Notes: a model not told the origin generated them from the letters alone. DNA of 63,704 nucleotides, filler included, from Octopus bimaculoides (GCF_001194135.2; 11 parts of 11 records of this genome joined end to end with filler, not necessarily neighbours in it), one strand, 5' to 3'; shown: positions 50,091 through 62,466, counted from the first letter of the whole stretch. Translations and numbers: made by a program.

Positions 50091-50720
50091 TTTTTTGGTG
50101 TGATGTTGGTATTTTGATGTATGTATTTCATTAGGGCTTCGTTGTTTGTGTTGATTGCTGTGAGATTTACTATTGTCTTCGACGGTGGTTCTTGTATGGT
50201 GTGCGGTGCTGGCAGTGGTGTTGGTGGTGTTGGTAATATAGGTGATATAGTTGATGGTCGTGTGTCGGGAAGTGCTGGGATGGTATCCTTTTTGCGTTTT
50301 TTTTTTTTTTCCTTTCGGGGAATTCCTTCCCACCCTCCCACTCATTGTTTACTTCAATGGCGGTTTCTGGGTCAGACTCGAGAAGGGGGTCGAACAGGTG
50401 GGTTGTTGTTTGTCGAAATGGTTTCTCGCTTTCGTGCTGCTGGTTTTGGTGCTGGAGTGTTCTTAGTGTTGCTCCTTCGCCTGTCCTTGGCTGCTGCTAC
50501 AGATGGCGTCCCTTCATAGTGTGAATGGTGCCGCAATTAATCCTACTGATGCCGCTTCTGTGGTGATCTTCGTTACAGTCCTTGTGACTGTTGATGTTTT
50601 CTCTGCACACTGTGCAGTCGCTGCTGCTTTGGGTGGTGGTGGAGTTACTTTTGATGCAGCCTGCGTTACTGCTGCAAGTGCTGTTGTGAAGTCTCTTTTG
50701 CTGGACTGGGGTGTTTGTTG

Positions 50721-50769
<49 letters not shown>

Positions 50770-50815
50770 GCGCCTCCCCCTATTGGGAGTTTTATTTGTT
50801 ATATCTTTTTCTGTG

Positions 50816-51147
50816 GGAGGCGCAATGGCCCAGTGGTTAGGACAGCGGACTCGCGGTCATAGGATCGCGGTTTCGATTCCAAGACCGGGCGTTGTGAGTG
50901 TTTATTGAGCGAAAACACTTAAAGCTCCACGAGGCTCCGGCAGGGGATGGTGGCGAACCCTGCTGTACTCTTCCACCACAACTTTCTCTCACTCTTACTT
51001 CCTGCTTCTGTTGTGCCTGTAATTCAAAGGGTCAGTCTTGTCACACTCTGTGTCACGCTGAATATCCCCCGAGAACTACGTTAAAGGTACACGTGTCTGT
51101 GGAGTGCTCAGCCACTTGCACGTTAATTTCACGAGCAAGGCTGTTCC
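50816..51147 (+). mobile_element. tRNA-derived SINE, distinct family, truncated by gap
   Basis: GGAGGCGCAATGGCCCAGTGGTTAGG...GGTTTCGATTCC head (A/B boxes) followed by ~260 nt of non-tRNA body. Confidence 0.85.
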
Positions 51148-51799
51148 NNNNNNNNNNNNNNNNNNNNNNNNNNNNNNNNNNNNNNNNNNNNNNNNNNNNN
51201 NNNNNNNNNNNNNNNNNNNNNNNNNNNNNNNNNNNNNNNNNNNNNNNNNNNNNNNNNNNNNNNNNNNNNNNNNNNNNNNNNNNNNNNNNNNNNNNNNNNN
51301 NNNNNNNNNNNNNNNNNNNNNNNNNNNNNNNNNNNNNNNNNNNNNNNNNNNNNNNNNNNNNNNNNNNNNNNNNNNNNNNNNNNNNNNNNNNNNNNNNNNN
51401 NNNNNNNNNNNNNNNNNNNNNNNNNNNNNNNNNNNNNNNNNNNNNNNNNNNNNNNNNNNNNNNNNNNNNNNNNNNNNNNNNNNNNNNNNNNNNNNNNNNN
51501 NNNNNNNNNNNNNNNNNNNNNNNNNNNNNNNNNNNNNNNNNNNNNNNNNNNNNNNNNNNNNNNNNNNNNNNNNNNNNNNNNNNNNNNNNNNNNNNNNNNN
51601 NNNNNNNNNNNNNNNNNNNNNNNNNNNNNNNNNNNNNNNNNNNNNNNNNNNNNNNNNNNNNNNNNNNNNNNNNNNNNNNNNNNNNNNNNNNNNNNNNNNN
51701 NNNNNNNNNNNNNNNNNNNNNNNNNNNNNNNNNNNNNNNNNNNNNNNNNNNNNNNNNNNNNNNNNNNNNNNNNNNGAAGGAACCAGAACCTTTCCAACA

Positions 51800-52027
51800 A
51801 TGTCCATCAAATATCTTCTGTTTGCGGGCATTTGTCTTGGCATTGCCAGACACGTCTATGCCGTAGATTTGACCCTGAAACCTGGTGAGACTAGCGATGA
51901 TACCATCGATGCAACCATAAGAAGAATCAGGGGGAAATGTATTCTGGCAGAAGACTATTATTTCCTGAGACGGTTAGCAGAGGTCCAGATGAACTCTATC
52001 GAATCACCAACAGGTGGAATATGGAAG
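51800..52027 (+). CDS. First coding exon of an uncharacterised secreted protein (76 codons, phase-0 donor)
   Basis: MSIKYLLFAGICLGIARHVYA-VDLTLKPGE...FLRRLAEV...TGGIWK. Signal-peptide-like N-terminus; ends exactly on a codon boundary at AAG|GTAAGT. Confidence 0.7.
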
Positions 52028-52214
52028 GTAAGTACAAGATATGCTAATATACACACAGGCGAACACAATCATGCAGTTCATGCATAAATACATACATACA
52101 TACATACCTACATACATACATACAACGTACATACATACATACCAGATTTGCAGATATACACACAGGCACACACGCACACATACACACACACATATACATA
52201 CATACCAACATATT

Positions 52215-52321
52215 AGAAATAGTGGTTTATTCTTAGCCAAGCATTTCTCCTGCAGTTGCTTCACTAGTAGGATTACATCTGTAGTATACCTCTTCTGGCA
52301 ACAAAGACCCTGCGTGAGCAC
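52215..52321 (-). mobile_element. RTE-clade reverse transcriptase fragment
   Basis: TTDVILLVKQLQEKCLAKNKPLFL, a typical RT segment. Confidence 0.75.
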
Positions 52322-52899
52322 GATTTAGTGACTACCAGTAAGTCGGTGCTAAAGACAGGGCTCGTGGGGTCGGAGCATACCTGTTTTGAACACCTCATCG
52401 TGTGATTTATTGTTTGTGGTTTGTGATTTATTGTTTGTGATTTATTGCTTGTAATTTATTGTGTTGTAATTCATTCGATTTCATTGTACATGAAAATTTT
52501 ATATCATTCGATTGTATGTGACCCCAATCACATTGTATTGTCCCCTCTATGTTAGCCTGCATGGGTAATAAAAAAACAGATCCCGTAGTGTGATTCTTCT
52601 ATGGTGTCCTCTCTCTATGGCATCTGATTTACCTTTGTAGCACTTTACAAGATATTGCTACGTCAGTCATAGGGTATTACAACTTCTTGTATAAGTTGTT
52701 TAACTATCTGGGTACCTCTCTGCTCACGTGTGACCTGTGGTCAACTCTCTTTTCACTCCAGCCACTATGAAGGCGAGACGAACTGTTAGCGTTCTACATC
52801 AGATTCGCGTTTGGCCGTACGGCTTTTCAATGTTGTTTTCACTGTCCATTTTTTCCTGTCTTGGTTTGTGTTTGCCACCTTGGAATTCTCTGTTTAGTG

Positions 52900-53147
52900 G
52901 GTCGATCCACTACTCAGGAAGAGACTATTCTAGAGTACGCTCTGCTTTATCTTCGAAACGTCTAGTTAGAATAGAGGCAGCTGACGAAGGATTAATTCCA
53001 AGTGGCTATCTGTTTTCCTATGTGTTCGTTCCGTGGTCTGTAGTTCATTATTCTAACGTCCTGTACCCTGATATGCATCTATATACACATGTAGATGTAA
53101 GTATGTACATATATGTGTGTATACATGCATATATATTCTTTGTATTA
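52900..53147 (+). mobile_element. ~248-bp repeat 'family D' with hammerhead-like motifs, copy 1
   Basis: About 90% identical (by eye) to the reverse complement of 54057-54303. Contains GAAACGTC (52955-52962) and CTGACGA (52981-52987). Confidence 0.85.
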
Positions 53148-53302
53148 ATAATCATGTACCCTACCTCACTAAATATTTTGAACATCTCTGCAACTATCCC
53201 TGGTGGACCTTCAGCTTTCTTGTTCTCCGTGTCTCTTCATCTTCTCTATTTTGCTGCTGTCTATTTCAATTGCTGGTCTCTCTCTCTAGAGTCAGAGTCC
53301 CT

Positions 53303-53446
53303 TATTTTTTTGCCAGCGGAATGGACTGGAGCAACATGGAATGAAGTGTTTTGCTCAAGAACACAACGCATTGCCCAGTCTAAAAATCGAAACCACAATC
53401 TTATGATCAGGAGTACAACAGCCTAACCACTAAGCCGCATGCTTCC
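53303..53446 (-). mobile_element. tRNA-derived SINE with CORE-like segment
   Basis: Minus strand GG..GCGGCTTAGTGGTTAGG...GGTTTCGATT...GTTCTTGAGCAAAACACTTCAT...CTCCAGTCCATTCCGCTGG. Confidence 0.8.
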
Positions 53447-53512
53447 ATGTATTTCCTTGGTATGACATTAAACTGCATCCAGTGGATGATAATAATAATA
53501 ATGATAATAATA

Positions 53513-53708
53513 GAAGAAAATTCTAACTGGGCCCCACTTGCGAGGTCATGCGCTGTTTATCTTGGTATGAGATCACCATGTTGCGTACGTATGTTTGTGA
53601 TGCATGTACCCGGTGTACCCTTATCTGACGGGTAGTCATGATGGGTATACTGGGCTTCGTATATTTTACCCCAGAGTCACTTTGATGGCATGCACTGCTC
53701 TCTCACTC
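53513..53708 (+). mobile_element. Family X, 3' fragment between (AAT)n tracts
   Basis: Colinear with 18242-18437. Confidence 0.92.
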
Positions 53709-53746
53709 AATAATAATAATAATAACAACAAAAACAAAAACAACAA

Positions 53747-53862
53747 CATCGAAAAATACCTTAGGTTCGAAATTTCCCCAAGAAGGCTGGAGGGTGTATC
53801 AGCCGAAACGTTGTGCTAACAACAAACAAGATGAGGACGAATATCCGTCAAATGTAAATAAT
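53747..53862 (+). mobile_element. Family B tail with hammerhead core deleted
   Basis: Matches the reverse complement of 44550-44676 but lacks CACCTGACGA (10 nt) and AATGAGAACCCAGG (14 nt). Confidence 0.88.
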
Positions 53863-54009
53863 GCACAACTTGTTATTGTTATTATATTTGTTTAAAGCTG
53901 CAAGGAGTTCCACGCTGTATAACCGTACCATCAGATTAGCCTGGAAGATGGAATTTACAAAACTAAACTAAATGTGTGTATGTATGTATGTATGTATGTA
54001 TGTATATAT

Positions 54010-54362
54010 ATAGTAGACTTACTTGTAAAATAGGACGTGTGCGTTCAATAATGTAATAATACAAAGAATATATATACATGTATACACACATATATGTACA
54101 TACTTACATCTACATGTGTATATACATGCATATCAGGGTACAGGACGTTAGAACAATAAACTACAGACAACGGAACGAACACATAGGAAAACGGAAAGCC
54201 CCTTGGAATATCCCTTCATCAGCTGTCTCTATTCTATCTAGACGTTTCGAAGACCAGACAGGACGTACTCTAGAATAGTCTCTTCCTGAGTAGTGGATCA
54301 ACCAACTTTGTATTATTACATTATTGAACGCACACGTCCTATTTTACAAGTAAGTCTACTAT
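54010..54362 (-). mobile_element. Family D copy 2 with a perfect 57-bp inverted duplication of its 3' end
   Basis: 54010-54066 is the exact reverse complement of 54306-54362. Confidence 0.88.
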
Positions 54363-54941
54363 TATTCTGACGTGACTATCTTTCTATCTATCTATCTATC
54401 TNNNNNNNNNNNNNNNNNNNNNNNNNNNNNNNNNNNNNNNNNNNNTTAATTAATTAANNNNNNNNNNNNNNNNNNNNNNNNNNNNNNNNNNNNNNNNNNN
54501 NCACCGCCACCACCGCCGCTGCCTCTATCGGCGCCCCCATCGCCGCCCCACAGCCGCTACCACCACCACCATTATCAACAACAACAACAACAACAATAGC
54601 TACCAATACCAGTTACTATCGCAACTGTTAAAACTCTCCCCCCTCCCTCACCGTACCACCACCACCACCACTGCTACCACTCCTACACCTCGATGCATCT
54701 TGAACCACTACTCACTTTTATTACCACCACCCCTTCGAGCACCACCACCAACGACAACCTTACAATAGAACCACCACCACCACCACCATCATCATCACCA
54801 CCATACCCACCATCATCATCACCGCCATCCCCATCATCAGTACCACCGTAAGCATCACTGCTATCGTCGACGCCACCAACGCCATCTCATACGATACGTT
54901 ATTACATCAAGAGCGCAGTTCATCTTGTTGTGCTTTTGTTG

Positions 54942-54980
<39 letters not shown>

Positions 54981-55503
54981 TCTCTATCTTCTCCTCGTCC
55001 TCCGCCGCCTCCGCCGTCTCTGCCGCCTCCGCCGTCTCTGCCGCCTCCGCCGACTCCGCCGNNNNNNNNNNNNNNNNNNNNNNNNNNNNNNNNNNNNNNN
55101 NNNNNNNNNNNNNNNNNNNNNNNNNNNNNNNNNNNNNNNNNNNNNNNNNNNNNNNNNNNNNNNNNNNNNNNNNNNNNNNNNNNNNNNNNNNNNNNNNNNN
55201 NNNNNNNNNNNNNNNNNNNNNNNNNNNNNNNNNNNNNNNNNNNNNNNNNNNNNNNNNNNNNNNNNNNNNNNNNNNNNNNNNNNNNNNNNNNNNNNNNNNN
55301 NNNNNNNNNNNNNNNNNNNNNCCTCCGCCGCCGCCTCCGTCAATCGTTTTGTCATCGTTCATCACCATCCTCAGTATGGTCTTAATGATCGTACGGACGA
55401 TAAACTGATAATAATGATAATCATCGTTGTTAACTCCTTCCTCATCATCATAATCATTGTCGTCGTCTTCGTCACCGTCGTCGGCATTCCCACCACCACC
55501 ACT

Positions 55504-55534
<31 letters not shown>

Positions 55535-55904
55535 TCATCATCACCATCAAAATCAGCAAGCAGCAGCAACATCATTCCTATTTCTCTCTTATCATTGCCT
55601 CGTTTCGCAACATCATCAACAACATCGCCAAATCTCTTTCTAATCGCTACCTAATGATTATACCCAGGCCTCTCAGCCTCTAAGCAGTCCAGCCGTCCAC
55701 TGCCAATGTGTTTATTAACATGCATTGTCTTGCAGATGTTTAAGGTGAACGCAAACTGTATCAGTCTGAGCAGCGTCAGAGGCCTTACGAATGTCGGGAG
55801 TCCGGTTCCCCACTTTTCTCCCATGACGAAGTCATGAACCGTATTTTACATTAGATATAGTACATTTCTAAATCTCTCAGAGAGATTTATGCAGTAGTGA
55901 TATC

Positions 55905-56262
55905 TGAAGTAGTTGTATGCTGTCAACTTAATGTGACAGTCCCATGAAGGGAATAATACTACTGTTGTTTAGACCTAGGAAGCTGCACCGCTTCCTGTCG
56001 GCCTTGACGCGTTTCCTGTGGCCTTATCTTTACGAGGTATATAATAATTCTAGAGAGTTTGACAGGCATCTTCAGCCAGCAAGTCATGCTACTCCAGGCC
56101 GATGGCTGGGTGGAGGTGCTTGTCTCCCCCCTCGTAAACATGAGGACGCAGGAAATGCGTCAAGGCCGACAGGAAGCGGTGCAGCTTCCTAGGTCTAACC
56201 AACAGTAGTATTATTCCTTTCATGGGATTGTCACATTAAGTTGACAGCATACAACTACTTCA
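55905..56262. repeat. 358-bp fold-back element (133-bp arms, 92-bp spacer)
   Basis: 55905-56037 versus 56130-56262: ungapped, 8 mismatches counted. No TSD found. Confidence 0.93.
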
Positions 56263-56899
56263 ACGTATTTTACATGTTCACTTGTAGACAACAGCGATTA
56301 AAATTCAAAATAACCAGGTGAAGGAAACTGAATTAGGAATTCTTTGTTGACTAATTAAACATGCTACCTTCAGACAAAAGAAAACACTTTCATGTTACCT
56401 TTTAACTTAATGTATGGATTTTCAACTTATAGTACTAATATATGTCTTAGTATTGACTGATTCAGATTCAAGCAGTTCAATAACTTAGCTAAGTAGAATT
56501 AGCTGACTCTTTTATACAATGATCCACGCAAGCCTTGTATAATGTTTTCTAGAGAATCATCATATAATTTAACTTTATAAAAATATCCTGAGTTAAAAAC
56601 ATAATGAAGAGACATCCAAGTGCATGCACAGCACAGATAGATTGCTTAAAGTTTTCAAACCTAAGTTAGCTGTAAGTACAGAGATCGATAAGAGTGATTT
56701 CCCCCTTGGTGGTTTAAACAAATTTTAAGATCATCGTAAGATATTGCCTAGAATTTCCAATGGTCTTTGTATTGCATTTCTTATAATAATTCTAATACTA
56801 ATTTAATTATCATTGTAAGAAAAATTACAATATCTAATGGCACGACATTCATTCAATTTTCCCTATATAATCATTGAAACAGGACTATTAAGACTTTAC

Positions 56900-56955
<56 letters not shown>

Positions 56956-56980
56956 CCTACCTACCTACCAACCTACCTAC

Positions 56981-57027
<47 letters not shown>

Positions 57028-57080
57028 CTTACCTACCTACCTATCTATCTACCTATCTATCTATCTATCTATCTATCTAT
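56900..57080. repeat. (TCTA)n/(CCTA)n tetranucleotide array (another at ~60920-61141)
   Basis: Direct reading. Confidence 0.95.
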
Positions 57081-58298
57081 GTCTATAGACACATAGATAG
57101 CCATGGATATATATGTATTTCACACAGACACACTTAGATATATATATAATATATATTTATACGTGCCTATGTATGAAAAGCGTGTATGTACATGCATATG
57201 TAAACAAATGTACATACGTGCTGGTCACAGCAGTGCACCATTACCAAACGGCGATGCTCCAGCATGGCCACAGCTCATGAGCTGAAACTAGATAAAATAA
57301 AACACACACACACACACACATACACATACACGCACGCATATATATACACGCATAAATATATGCATACATATATATACATTTAAAATTGCACACATACAAA
57401 TGCATTTACGCATACAGACACACATATAAACACCCACGCACGTACATAAATATATGTTTGCTTATCTATACCATATGCATATCTATACCGTATGGCGTGT
57501 ATGTGTACGCGTGCATACAAATACAAACTCACGCATATATCTACATTCAAACAAGAGACACAGCAACAACGATGACAACAACATCAACAACACCAGTAAC
57601 AATAACAACAAGAAGAGAGAGAGAAAGACAAAGAGTAAACTGAATTCGCTGATAACTGATGTAAATCAATCACTGTGTGTGTTAATGATCTGGTTTCGCC
57701 TCACTTTCGTGATCATTAATATCAAATAGACACAACTGAAATTCGAAACCATGCTTCACCGTTGTCAGCTTGTTCATTTAGTCTGATACACATCGACCAA
57801 CTAATCAACCAGCAGCCGCAAACTAACTAACCAACCAACTGACAGACCGACCAACTCACCGAAATCACTCCCATATAAGCCAACTGAACGCAAAACCAAT
57901 CCGACCCAACCCAATCTCCATGCGATCGAATCTCACCATTTCGCTCGCTCTTGTCTCCATCACACATAATATTATTTAAAAAAAAAAAAAAATTATATCA
58001 GTTATTTATTTGTTGTGATTTATTTGTCAGATGTTTTTATTTTTTTGTTTGATTCGTTTCTATATGTTAGTTTAGATTTTTTTTCCTTTTCTCTGCCGAC
58101 ATCATCTCGTCCCCTCACCTCCTCGTCCCCTCACCTCCTCGCCATTATTGACCTTCTTCAAAGGTTCCCTACGCCACAAAACATTGTGTCGTGTCAATCG
58201 CCCCCTTCAAAACGCACCTGCTGCATCGCAACATTGCCCACTTTGGCAACCAACTTCTACTGGACAATGATGATGATGATGACGAAGATATTCATGAC

Positions 58299-58340
<42 letters not shown>

Positions 58341-58518
58341 GATGATGATAGTGGCGATGGGGACGAGGGTAATGAAGATGCTGTTAATGATAATGATAAC
58401 GGCACACGGCTAGTTCCTCTGCATTTATCTGCAATGATGTAACACCGTTTATAGTGCAGTTCTATGCATTTGTTTAGATTTGTCTTGTTGACCGGCGATG
58501 ATTTCATCGTCGTCATCG

Positions 58519-58554
<36 letters not shown>

Positions 58555-59479
58555 CTATCATCACTTCAAACCACCACTCCCTNNNNNNNNNNNNNNNNNN
58601 NNNNNNNNNNNNNNNNNNNNNNNNNNNNNNNNNNNNNNNNNNNNNNNNNNNNNNNNNNNNNNNNNNNNNNNNNNNNNNNNNNNNNNNNNNNNNNNNNNNN
58701 NNNNNNNNNNNNNNNNNNNNNNNNNNNNNNNNNNNNNNNNNNNNNNNNNNNNNNNNNNNNNNNNNNNNNNNNNNNNNNNNNNNNNNNNNNNNNNNNNNNN
58801 NNNNNNNNNNNNNNNNNNNNNNNNNNNNNNNNNNNNNNNNNNNNNNNNNNNNNNNNNNNNNNNNNNNNNNNNNNNNNNNNNNNNNNNNNNNNNNNNNNNN
58901 NNNNNNNNNNNNNNNNNNNNNNNNNNNNNNNNNNNNNNNNNNNNNNNNNNNNNNNNNNNNNNNNNNNNNNNNNNNNNNNNNNNNNNNNNNNNNNNNNNNN
59001 NNNNNNNNNNNNNNNNNNNNNNNNNNNNNNNNNNNNNNNNNNNNNNNNNNNNNNNNNNNNNNNNNNNNNNNNNNNNNNNNNNNNNNNNNNNNNNNNNNNN
59101 NNNNNNNNNNNNNNNNNNNNNNNNNNNNNNNNNNNNNNNNNNNNNNNNNNNNNNNNNNNNNNNNNNNNNNNNNNNNNNNNNNNNNNNNNNNNNNNNNNNN
59201 NNNNNNNNNNNNNNNNNNNNNNNNNNNNNNNNNNNNNNNNNNNNNNNNNNNNNNNNNNNNNNNNNNNNNNNNNNNNNNNNNNNNNNNNNNNNNNNNNNNN
59301 NNNNNNNNNNNNNNNNNNNNNNNNNNNNNNNNNNNNNNNNNNNNNNNNNNNNNNNNNNNNNNNNNNNNNNNNNNNNNNNNNNNNNNNNNNNNNNNNNNNN
59401 NNNNNNNNNNNNNNNNNNNNNNNNNNNNNNNNNNNNNNNNNNNNNNNNNNNNNNNNNNNNTATATATATATATATATAT

Positions 59480-59530
<51 letters not shown>

Positions 59531-59678
59531 CATAGATGCATATACACACGCGCACACACACACACACATATATAGATAGATAGATACATAATACATACAT
59601 ACATACATACATACATACATTTATACAGGTACATTATATTGATACATTCGTAGATATATTTATAAACAGATATATATA

Positions 59679-59725
<47 letters not shown>

Positions 59726-60283
59726 AATACGTACACACATACACACAAATACACATGCATACAAACATACACACGCGAATATATGCAAATGTACATATAT
59801 GTATATATATATATATATGTATGTACGTACATATGATCGTACAGAAAGTTGCATACATACATACACACGCACACATACACACACACACACAAGTATCAAC
59901 TACTTTTGAATGAGAATTTAATCGGTGCCTGTTTGATGGTATCCAAGGTCAGCGTATATATTTTGACAGCTTTCAACAGAAGTGGTGACTTGAAGGAATG
60001 ACATGGGAGATGACCAACGCTATCAGATGGTCTGACACGGCTTCAGCAAAAAAAAAAAAATAGCAACGAACTACACACACACACACACANNNNNNNNNNN
60101 NNNNNNNNNNNNNNNNNNNNNNNNNNNNNNNNNTTAATTAATTAANNNNNNNNNNNNNNNNNNNNNNNNNNNNNNNNNNNNNNNNNNNNTATATATATAT
60201 ATATACATATATGTATATATATACACACATACACACACATATATATATAATATATATATATATACACACACACACATATATAT

Positions 60284-60314
<31 letters not shown>

Positions 60315-60928
60315 CACACACACATATATATATACACACATTACATTACACACACACACACACATATATACATATATATATATATACACATAAACAGGCG
60401 TGCACACATACAGGTAGTCGGTGGTGGTGGCAGCGGGAGCTGTGAGGACCAAGGAAAGAAAAAATGAGACAGATACAGGTGGAGTGGGTCGGGGTACATA
60501 AACAGCCAATTGCTCTTACACACACACATATATACATACACATACATACTCACAGACGTCCACACACGTCCACACACACACGGCTACGTGCGGTACACAC
60601 CCCTACGTGCATGCACGCAAGCGCACGCGCGTAGAGGGCGTAGGGACACGTATGGGAATATATATATATGTGTGTGTGTGTGTGTGTATATATATTCATG
60701 TAGCGTGGGAAAATAAACGCGTGTAGAGGCGGGAGCTGATCTTGTGCAGGAATTTGAGAGGACGGGGGTGGCCCCGTGTAAAAAAGAACAGGGGAGAGAG
60801 AGAGAGGTAGAGAGAGCAGGGTAGAGAGAGAGAGAGGGGGGTTTAAGGAAGTCTGTTTGGCTATCTGTCTGTCTGTCTGACTGTCTGTCTGTCTGTCTAA
60901 TTCTCTCTCTCTCTCTCTCTCTATCTAT

Positions 60929-60988
<60 letters not shown>

Positions 60989-61070
60989 ATATCTGCCTGT
61001 CTGTCTAATTCTCTTCTATCCATCTATCTATCTAATTCTCTCTCTCTCTCTCTGTCTATCTATCTGTCTG

Positions 61071-61139
<69 letters not shown>

Positions 61140-61142
<3 letters not shown>

Positions 61143-62311
61143 GCCATAGACAGAAAAAGAGTAGAGGGTGAACTAGTTAAGAAGCTAGAGGAGGCAATTA
61201 GAAGTGGCATCGCATCCGACGTTTTGGCGGCGAGGTTGGCCCTTGACCAACACTTCAACGCCAAACACGAAGGGTGCGTTGTTAGGGCTAGGATGCGTAC
61301 TCTAAGCAACGAAGTGCTGGAGTCGCGCGAGAGGCCCGGGTGGCGGAGGCGCAACAGGGCAACAAAGCCACCATTCGGTNNNNNNNNNNNNNNNNNNNNN
61401 NNNNNNNNNNNNNNNNNNNNNNNNNNNNNNNNNNNNNNNNNNNNNNNNNNNNNNNNNNNNNNNNNNNNNNNNNNNNNNNNNNNNNNNNNNNNNNNNNNNN
61501 NNNNNNNNNNNNNNNNNNNNNNNNNNNNNNNNNNNNNNNNNNNNNNNNNNNNNNNNNNNNNNNNNNNNNNNNNNNNNNNNNNNNNNNNNNNNNNNNNNNN
61601 NNNNNNNNNNNNNNNNNNNNNNNNNNNNNNNNNNNNNNNNNNNNNNNNNNNNNNNNNNNNNNNNNNNNNNNNNNNNNNNNNNNNNNNNNNNNNNNNNNNN
61701 NNNNNNNNNNNNNNNNNNNNNNNNNNNNNNNNNNNNNNNNNNNNNNNNNNNNNNNNNNNNNNNNNNNNNNNNNNNNNNNNNNNNNNNNNNNNNNNNNNNN
61801 NNNNNNNNNNNNNNNNNNNNNNNNNNNNNNNNNNNNNNNNNNNNNNNNNNNNNNNNNNNNNNNNNNNNNNNNNNNNNNNNNNNNNNNNNNNNNNNNNNNN
61901 NNNNNNNNGTTTTGTGAGTCGAGGAGCCGTAACGCTGCTGAAGAAAGATCCAAACAAGGGGGACGTCATAGATAACTTTAGGCCCATCACTCTGCTCAAT
62001 GCAGACTTGAAAATTTTGGCCAAGGTGTTAGCCAAGCGGTTGGCGCTTGTCATCGAGAAACTGATCGGCAAGGCGCAAACGTGCGCCGCGCCGGGCAGGA
62101 GCATCCATGACAACCTCCATCTGATGCGCTACATCATAGAGAGGGTAGTTAAGGAACCTGCCATGGGTGGGGCCCTGATCAGTTTAGATCAATCCAAAGC
62201 TTTCGATAGGGTAGACCATCGATACTTGGAGGCTGTCCTCTTAGCGGCCGGCTTCCGTCCAATTTTCCGCGGCTGGATGGCTGCCTTGTACAGAGGCATC
62301 CGTTTGGTAGT
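61140..62311 (+). mobile_element. Tx1/L1-clade LINE ORF2 (RT region), stop-free in both visible parts
   Basis: NFRPITLLNADLKILAKVLAKRL...QTCAAPGRSIHDNL...LDQSKAFDRVDH. 529-N gap inside; cut by a scaffold linker. Confidence 0.93.
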
Positions 62312-62420
62312 NNNNNNNNNNNNNNNNNNNNNNNNNNNNNNNNNNNNNNNNNNNNTTAATTAATTAANNNNNNNNNNNNNNNNNNNNNNNNNNNNNNNNN
62401 NNNNNNNNNNNATATACATA

Positions 62421-62466
<46 letters not shown>

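Noticed and set aside
54907-55575. Acidic or AEAAET-repeat ORF
   Set aside because: Product of (CAT)n plus an 18-bp GC-rich minisatellite and an N-gap; no splice or codon support.
56057-56075. CUGAAGAUGCC...CAAAC in the fold-back spacer (minus strand)
   Set aside because: Penelope-like start, but no stem II partner, no GAAA and no stem I.
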